A stretch of 64,000 nt of DNA from Macrostomum hystrix. Its lineage: Eukaryota > Animalia > Platyhelminthes. Location of the stretch: NCBI GenBank assembly GCA_950097015.1, contig CATNEN010000038.1, positions 6,076,001 to 6,140,000 on the forward strand, given 5' to 3'. The position numbers and the translations under genes are program-made. The notes below the pieces were generated by a model. It saw nothing but the letters and a program-made list of their open reading frames with translations. It did not search any database and was not told the DNA's origin. This document shows positions 56,101 through 64,000 of this stretch, in pieces (the first letter of the stretch is position 1; the number at the start of each line of letters is the position of its first letter).

Positions 56101-59100
56101 TGACATCCGCATCTCGACTTGCATCATCCTGGTCGCTCCCTGAACTATGCTCCCCGCCGTGCGTGGCATCCGGGTTTCTGCTTGAATGAGATTCAGACCG
56201 CTGTTTGCCGGAAGAACGATCGTCGCTTCCGCCAGTCAGGTCAAAGCTCAGTTCTGGCCGATTCTCTATGGCTTTCAGTTCTTCCTCGTCTTGCCATCGA
56301 GTCCTGCGAGCTGGGCTGGCGGAACCGCCAGAGTGGCTTCTTGTCGGCTTCTTCGAGTTGTTTGACTTGGAGCTCCTGGTATCAGCGTCCTTGGCACCTT
56401 GGCAAACCAACGACAGATTCTCTGGATCATCTTGACTAGTGGAGCGTTGTTTAATGTCGCCACTGGATGACTTTAGGTTTGCTTTTCTTTTATTTCCATC
56501 GGCTGAACCTAAGGCTAGACCGGCTATTCTCGTTTCATCGTCATTTTGATCTCGCCGGTCGTCTAAGTCATCGTTAGAAGTTTCTGCACTTGAGGCTATT
56601 TTAGAGCGATCTGGTCTGTCTTGTCTCTCTTTGCAGTTTGTCACTTGTTTGTTATCTGTAGTATATGGACCACTTCGCTGTTCCTGAACTAAGTCAGGGT
56701 CGACAAACTCGTTCTGTCTCCGTTTATCATTCGATTGCTCGAAATCTTTGAGTTTATAATCATTGTCGTTCTTCTTTCGATTTCTCTGGCTTTCAGCTCC
56801 TTCAGAATAAACGGATGCTGCCGGCTCTACGCTTGTTCGAGACTGTTTGGCAGATTTTGACTGCAGGCCACCATCCGGCGTGGACCTTCCGTCTCGATGG
56901 CTCAGACTCGAAGAGCCGGGGTGTCTTCGAGTTGTTTTCTGGCGTTCAGCACTGGAGGAGCGAGCTTCGCCCGACTTTGATTCTCCGGTGCGCGAACGGC
57001 CCGTTTTCGCGTCGTCTTCAACGTCAGAGCCGTCTGCCAACCGTTTCTCTTGCTCTGAACCCGGCTCTCCGCCGCTGACTCGTCCTCGCGGAGTAATTGA
57101 GCTGAATGCACGAGAATCAGCAGAATATCCAGTAGTTTGAGGAGGCCTGCTATTGTTTAAATAAGTGGTTCGACGTTGGTCGATAGAACCTGCATTTTGA
57201 GAATCTTCGCATTTTTTTGTTCTTCCCTGATCACTAGCAGTCGAAGGAAAAAAATCATCAGTACGACGATCGCGACTTCCTTCTCTGGTTTTGTCAGGAT
57301 GAGAATCGCCGGGTAGTCGATCTCGGCTCCTTTCTCTGGCTTTGTCAGGATGAGAATCGCCGGGTAGTCGATCTCGACTTCCTGCTCTGGCTTTGTCAGG
57401 ACGAGCATCGTCGGGTAGTCGATCTCGTCTTTCTTCTCTGGCTTTGTCAGGACGAGCATCGTCGGGTAGTCGATCTCGGCTCCTTTCTCTGGCTTTGTCA
57501 GGATGATAATCGCCGGGTAGTCGATCTCGTCTTTCTTCTCTGGCTTTGTCAGGACGAGCATCGTCGGGTAGTCGATCTCGGCTCGTTTCTCTGGCTTTGT
57601 CAGGACGAGGATCGCCGGGTAGTCGATCTCGTCTTTCTTCTCTGGTTTTGTCAGGATGAGAATCGCCGGGTAGTCGATCTCGGCTTCCTTCTCTGGCTTT
57701 GTCAGGATGAGAATCGCCGGGAAGGCGATCTCGGCTCCTTTCTCTGGCTTTGTCAGGATGAGAATCGCCGGGAAGGCGATCTCGGCTCGTTTCTCTGGCT
57801 TTGTCAGGACGAGGATCGCCGGGTAGTCGATCTTGTCTTTCTTCTCTGGCTTTGTCAGGACGAGCATCGTCGGGTAGTCGATCTCGACTTCTATCTCTGG
57901 CTTTGTAAAGATGAGAATCGCCGGGTCGCCGATCTCGGCTTCCTGCTCTGACCCTCTCAGGCTGAGAACCGTCGAGCCGCTGATTTACACCCATATCTCT
58001 AGGACCACTAAATGGTTGTGAATCGTCGAGTCGCTGATCGAGATTGCTGTCACTGGCCTTGTCAGGATAAGAATCGTCGAGACGTCGATCTCGGCTTTTA
58101 TCCTTGGCACTGGCAGGTCGAGAATCGCTTGGTAGTCGATCTCGACTTCCTGCTCTGACTCTCTCAGGATGAGAATCGTCGAATCGACGATCTCGGCTTC
58201 TGTCACGGGCACTGGCAGGCTGAGAATCGTCGAGACGCCGATTTGCACTCACATATCTAGCACTAGTCGGATGAGAATCATCCCGTCGTCGGTCTCGGCT
58301 TCTGTCCCTGGCACTGGCAGGCTGAGAATCGTCGCGTCGTCGGTCTCGGCTTCTATCCCTGGCGCTGGCAGGCTGAGAATCGTCGCGTAGTCGGTCTCGG
58401 CTTCTATCCCTGGCACTGGCAGGCTGAGAATCGTCGCGTCGTCGGTCTCGGCTTTCTCTGGCTTTGTCAGGATGAGAATCGCCGGGCAGCCGATCTCGGC
58501 TTCCTGCTCTGGCTTTGTCAGGATGATAATCATCGCGTCGTCGGTCTCGGCTTCTATCCCTGGCACAGGCAGGCTGAGAATCGTCGCGTCGTCGATTTGC
58601 ACTCATATCTCTAGCACTATTTTGATGAAAATCGTCTAGTCGTCGATCTCCGCTTCTGTCTCTGAATCTGGCTGACAGAGAATCGTTTTGAAGTCGATCT
58701 CGGCTTCGTTCTTTGGCACAGGCAGGTTGAGAATCGTCGTATGCTCTGACAATGTTCTGGGCTCCGCCGCTCGTTGGATTAGAACCCTCGAAATGCCTTT
58801 TGTCGCGGCTTTCTTTGTCACTTTCGTAGTAGGAAAATGTGTGCTTGTCTGAACTTCTGACTTTTGCACTTAAAGATTCGTCGTACCGTTTGTCTCGACT
58901 TCTGTCCCTTGCACTTGTAGGTTGAGATTCGTCGTACTGTTTGTCTCGACTTCTGTCCCTTAAATTTGAAGGTTGAGATTCGTCGTACCGTTTGTCTCGA
59001 CTTCTGTCCCTTAAATTTGAAGGTTGAGATTCGTCGTACCGTTTGTCTCGACTTCTGTCCCTTAAATTCGAAGGTTGAGATTCGTCGTACCGTTTGTCTC

Positions 59101-62100
59101 GACTTCTGTCCCTTAAATTCGAAGGTTGAGATTCGTCGTACCGTTTGTCTCGACTTGTGTCCCTTAAATTCGAAGGTTGAGATTCGTCGTACCGTTTGTC
59201 TCGACTTCTGTCCCTTGCACTTGTAGGTTGAGATTCGTCGTACCGTTTGTCTCGACTTGTGTCCCTTAAATTCGAAGGTTGAGATTCGTCGTACTGTTTG
59301 TCTCGACTTCTGTCCCTTGCACTTGTAGGTTGAGATTCGTCGTACCGTTTGTCTCGACTTCTGTCCCTTGCACTTGTAGGTTGAGATTCGTCGTACCGTT
59401 TGTCTCGACTTCTGTCCCTTAAATTCGAAGGTTGAGATTCGTCGTACCGTTTGTCTCGACTTCTGTCCCTTGCACTTGTAGGTTGAGATTCGTCGTACCG
59501 TTTGTCTCGACTTGTGTCCCTTAAATTCGAAGGTTGAGATTCGTCGTACTGTTTGTCTCGACTTCTGTCCCTTAAATTCGAAGGTTGAGATTCGTCGTAC
59601 TGTTTGTCTCGACTTCTGTCCCTTAAATTTGAAGGTTGAGATTCGTCGTACCGTTTGTCTCGACTTCTGTCCCTTAAATTCGAAGGTTGAGATTCGTCGT
59701 ACCGTTTGTCTCGACTTGTGTCCCTTAAATTCGAAGGTTGAGATTCGTCGTACCGTTTGTCTCGACTTCTGTCCCTTGCACTTGTAGGTTGAGATTCGTC
59801 GTACCGTTTGTCTCGACTTCTGTCCCTTGCACTTGTAGGTTGAGATTCGTCGTACCGTTTGTCTCGACTTCTGTCCCTTAAATTCGAAGGTTGAGATTCG
59901 TCGTACCGTTTGTCTCGACTTCTGTCCCTTGCACTTGTAGGTTGAGATTCGTCGTACCGTTTGTCTCGACTTGTGTCCCTTAAATTCGAAGGTTGAGATT
60001 CGTCGTACTGTTTGTCTCGACTTCTGTCCCTTAAATTCGAAGGTTGAGATTCGTCGTACTGTTTGTCTCGACTTCTGTCCCTTAAATTTGAAGGTTGAGA
60101 TTCATCGTACCGTTTGTCTCGACTTCTGTCCCTTAAATTTGAAGGTTGAGATTCGTCGTACCGTTTGTCTCGACTTCTGTCCCTTAAATTCGAAGGTTGA
60201 GATTCGTCGTACCGTTTGTCTCGACTTCTGTCCCTTAAATTCGAAGGTTGAGATTCGTCGTACCGTTTGTCTCGACTTCTGTGCCTTGCACTTGTAGGTT
60301 GAGATTCGTCGTACCGTTTGTCTCGACTTCTGTCCCTTGCACTTGTAGGTTGAGATTCGTCGTACCGTTTGTCTCGACTTGTGTCCCTTAAATTCGAAGG
60401 TTGAGATTCGTCGTACCGTTTGTCTCGACTTCTGTCCCTTGCACTTGTAGGTTGAGATTCGTCGTACCGTTTGTCTCGACTTCTGTCCCTTGCACTTGTA
60501 GGTTGTGATTCGTCGTACCGTTTGTCTCGACTTCTGTCCCTTGCACTTGTAGGTTGAGATTCGTCGTACCGTTTGTCTCGACTTCTGTCCCTTAAATTCG
60601 AAGGTTGAGATTCGTCGTACCGTTTGTCTCGACTTCTGTCCCTTGCACTTGTAGGTTGAGATTCGTCGTACCGTTTGTCTCGACTTGTGTCCCTTAAATT
60701 CGAAGGTTGAGATTCGTCGTACTGTTTGTCTCGACTTCTGTCCCTTAAATTCGAAGGTTGAGATTCGTCGTACCGTTTGTCTCGACTTCTGTCCCTTGCA
60801 CTTGTAGGTTGAGATTCGTCGTACCGTTTGTCTCGACTTCTGTCCCTTGCACTTGTAGGTTGAGATTCGTCGTACCGTTTGTCTCGACTTCTGTCCCTTA
60901 AATTCGAAGGTTGAGATTCGTCGTACCGTTTGTCTCGACTTCTGTCCCTTGCACTTGTAGGTTGAGATTCGTCGTACCGTTTGTCTCGACTTGTGTCCCT
61001 TAAATTCGAAGGTTGAGATTCGTCGTACCGTTTGTCTCGACTTCTGTCCCTTGCACTTGTAGGTTGAGATTCGTCGTACCGTTTGTCTCGACTTGTGTCC
61101 CTTAAATTCGAAGGTTGAGATTCGTCGTACTGTTTGTCTCGACTTCTGTCCCTTAAATTCGAAGGTTGAGATTCGTCGTACTGTTTGTCTCGACTTCTGT
61201 CCCTTAAATTTGAAGGTTGAGATTCGTCGTACCGTTTGTCTCGACTTCTGTCCCTTGCACTTGTAGGTTGAGATTCGTCGTACCGTTTGTCTCGACTTCT
61301 GTCCCTTGCATCGTATCGCTTGCTTTGACGCCGGTCCGATGCACTAGCGGGATGAGATGCACCATAATTTGTGCTCCCTGTTGTTTTAGTAGCATCATCC
61401 AGTCGTCCGTGTCGATATTTTTCTCTCAAACTTAAAGACAGAGAATCACCAGAATGCCTGCTGCGATTACCTTGTCGCCTTCGCTCATCGATCGAGTCTA
61501 TGGTTCTCGGCAAATAATGACCATCGCGCTGTCCATCACGACTTCGTTGCCTAGAGCCAACTTCTTTGCCTGGTTGCGACTTATCATGCGGTGCGTTTCT
61601 ATCTGTGTCTCTGGCACTGGCGGCCTTGGAACCAGTATATCGCTGGCCCTTATATTCACGATCACTATCTGGACCTTCCGACCGCCGCGATCTGAAGTTG
61701 CCACTTCTGCGGTCAAGATTGTTCATCGCGTGATCATCAGACCAATCATGCGAGCTTTCAGCATCCGATTCATAGCTGCTTCCTCTGACACGTGTTCGGC
61801 CATCGGTGCGGTCTTTGTCGCGGGATATTCTTTCTAACCTTCCAACAGCTTCGCTCAGATCGCTGTCTGATGTCGAGTCTCGACCATGCTTCACATAACC
61901 TGAAGATTTGCGCGGACTTCCTGACCGCCTCTGATTACCGAGCCCTTGTGTCGACCGGATAACTCCCTTCACTGAATCCCCTTGTGATTTTCGGTCAGAA
62001 GTCTGCGGAAGTTCGGTAGTACTCAAGCGATTTTGACGCGAAATCTGGCTTTCAATCTCGCTGCCCAGGTTCAGCTTCGGCACTTTGCGATTTGTGTCAC

Positions 62101-63897
62101 GATCTAGGGCTACTCTGCCGAGTTCTTGACGATGTCTTGGGCTGTTCGGCAAGTGCATATCCTCGCCTTCACGATAAGTATCTACCACAGGCTTCATCAA
62201 GGTTCTGCTTTGGTCGCGTCGAGAGAGCCTTGGAGAGCCAGAGAGGGTCGCATCGGAATCATCAAAGTCGTCCGGCAGGTTGGTTTCATCTGTCCGTCGT
62301 CCTGAGTCTATCTGACCTGCCCCGCCAAGCTCGCAAGAATTTCCCGCGCCAAGCTGCATTTGAATACGCTCGCCGACTTCAATCGGTGTACGACTTGCAA
62401 GTTCTCTTTGAAACAAAACTTTTTCTGGACCACTGCCTCGCGATTCCATAGCAGCAGAGGCCGTGGCGGCTCTATCCCGTGTGCCAGCTTCCAATCTTAC
62501 AAAGGGGGACTGTGGATTTTGAAGCAGTGACAGCTCGTGGTGAGCGTCGCTTGCTCCAGTTGAATGTCGCCGCCTACCCCCGCCGCTGAGGAGGCCTTCG
62601 GCATCGGATACGTCATCATAGAGCCGAGGACCATCAAAGTAGGCCCCATTAGTATAGCGGACGTTCAGGCCTACCAGCTGCGGCGATGTCTGGGTCTGAA
62701 CGTCGCTTGCACTCGCGTCCAGCGCCATGGCTTCTGTGACTGCGACTGAGCCACCAGGGGCATCGCGCGGCCCGCCAGCCGCGCTCTGCGGCTGCTCAGC
62801 TGGCGGGCGGTGCGAGTTTAAAGGATCCCAGCGCTGTTGAATGCTCAGAGCTGCGTCGGCACCTGACTTCTTGGCCGACGGATGGCGCTCGTGCAGGCCA
62901 TCGTCTGATGAGGCGCCGTTCGAAGAAACCTGCATGTGTTGCTGAGGCACATCTGGCGTGCGGTTCAGCCAGGATGTCTGCGTCTGCGCTACGCTGCTGC
63001 CGTTTTTGCGCAGACGTCGTAAGGCCTCCAGCTCGCTGGCTAGCGACTGGAACCGCCTGTCTAGGTCGTGAACGGCGCGGTGACGGTCGTCCGACTCGGC
63101 GCGCAGCTGACCGGAGAGGTCGCCCTGAAAGCGGCCCCAGTCGGTCAGGAGGTCACGGAGTCGATCTCTGAGGCCTTCGTCCGAGCTGGCCCCGCCAACT
63201 CCAGCGTTCTGTTGCGGCCTCGCTGTCGACAGGGCGTCAACCTGAGCAGACAAGGCGCGGATCACGTCGTCCTTGCTGCGGCTGCGTGTGGTTGGAGAAT
63301 AAAAGTATTTTTGGACTTAAAATGAAAGCAATAGAGTTTTGCACGGGAAATCTCACCTGTCGTCCAACAGTCGCCGCAGAAGATCGTCAACTTCTGGTCG
63401 GCGCTGCTGACTCTCAGCTGCTAGCTGGCGAAGGCGCCCAATCTCCTGTCGCAAGGCCGCAACCTCCGGAGACGTGGCCGATGCGGATCCAGTTGGCGTC
63501 CTTCTGTCCTCAGCAGACATTGTCGGACGCTTACGTTGCGTTGGAGCGTCGAAACCAGCTTCCAGCTGGTCGATGAGCGACTGCTGCCTGCCTAGTAGGT
63601 CACGTGACTCAACCAGGCGGGACTGAACATCCTGCAGATCGCGACTGACACTGGTAGTCGGCACGGCAAAGGCTGCTCCGATTCCCACTGACGCTCCAAA
63701 GTCTGAAAAGACGCATCGATCGGCCTGCATTGGGTGTGCCTGCGTACATGACGATTGTGCTCAGCATTGGCCTTTCACTCACCAGGCAGTCGGTGTCCAG
63801 TCGCGGTGACTCGCCTCAGATCCTCATTCTCCTTGGCCAGCTGTCGATTCTGAAGGCGCAACTCGTCCAGCTGGGTCCGCAGCCGGTTGTCCAGCCC
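50196..63897 (-). CDS. 3' portion of a giant (>4200 aa) low-complexity protein with N-terminal coiled coil and 17-aa RD/RS repeat arrays. Exons about 63897-63783, 63702-63357, 63281-52870, about 52725-50883, 50256-50196; 5' end lies outside the window
   Basis: Uninterrupted 3473-codon and 610-codon ORFs. GT-AG junctions with matching phases, except that the acceptor after 52870 is uncertain. Coiled-coil-like LRTQLDELRLQNRQLAKENEDLRR. No catalytic domain recognised. Confidence 0.75.
58880..61310 (-). repeat. Coding 51-bp tandem array, about 48 units, encoding RD(R/T)SRDK(R/Q)YDESQP(SNL/TSA)
   Basis: Exact 51-bp period with no frameshift. Related 17-aa arrays at about 57270-58700. Confidence 0.97.
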
Positions 63898-64000
63898 CCT
63901 GTGGCGGCGGCAAGAATGAAAACGTTAGTTAAAATTGCGTTGCTTAAAGCTTAAAGGTGTGAAGAAAACGTTGCCCCCAAAATATTTAAATTTCTACACA

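Noticed and set aside
58880-61310. Common origin of the 51-bp coding array and the 51-bp satellite at 34.8-37.1 kb
   Set aside because: Same period but no visible sequence similarity.
52844-63265. Identity with known flatworm adhesive proteins
   Set aside because: No C-type lectin, vWD or similar extracellular domains or Cys patterns in the visible part; the composition looks intracellular.

Overview
Repeat-rich, intron-containing eukaryotic (metazoan) genomic DNA with no prokaryotic features. The minisatellite-filled introns and Q/A-rich genes suggest a free-living flatworm such as Macrostomum, but this is an inference and was not checked. Host genes reconstructed by hand from GT-AG junctions and reading frame: (1) a secreted EGF + D8C-like protein (10156-11781) with an internally deleted tandem paralog (2287-2826); (2) a tight, co-oriented trio of RNA-metabolism genes, CCDC59/Fyv7-like, PAT1 and DHX8/PRP22 (19.8-34.6 kb), each with a 3' splice-site-like signal just upstream of its ATG, making it a candidate SL trans-spliced operon; (3) a divergent 4-exon Ser/Thr kinase on the minus strand; (4) the 3' part of a very large minus-strand gene with a 10.4-kb exon encoding frame-preserving 17-aa RD/RS mixed-charge repeats. 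Mobile DNA includes a near-intact 3718-bp THAP/P-element (perfect 34-bp TIRs, 8-bp TSD) whose empty site survives in the neighbouring paralog, a decayed Crypton tyrosine-recombinase element, a nested cluster (MITE inside a MITE of the same family, a Helitron inside that outer MITE, and a hAT MITE inside the Helitron), nested Gypsy relics, a LINE fragment, tRNA/CORE-like SINEs, a MULE-like MITE and more than ten distinct minisatellites. Nothing here can be proven to be a new biological system from sequence alone. The best candidates are the putative operon with its intercistronic multi-hairpin element and the giant repeat protein.
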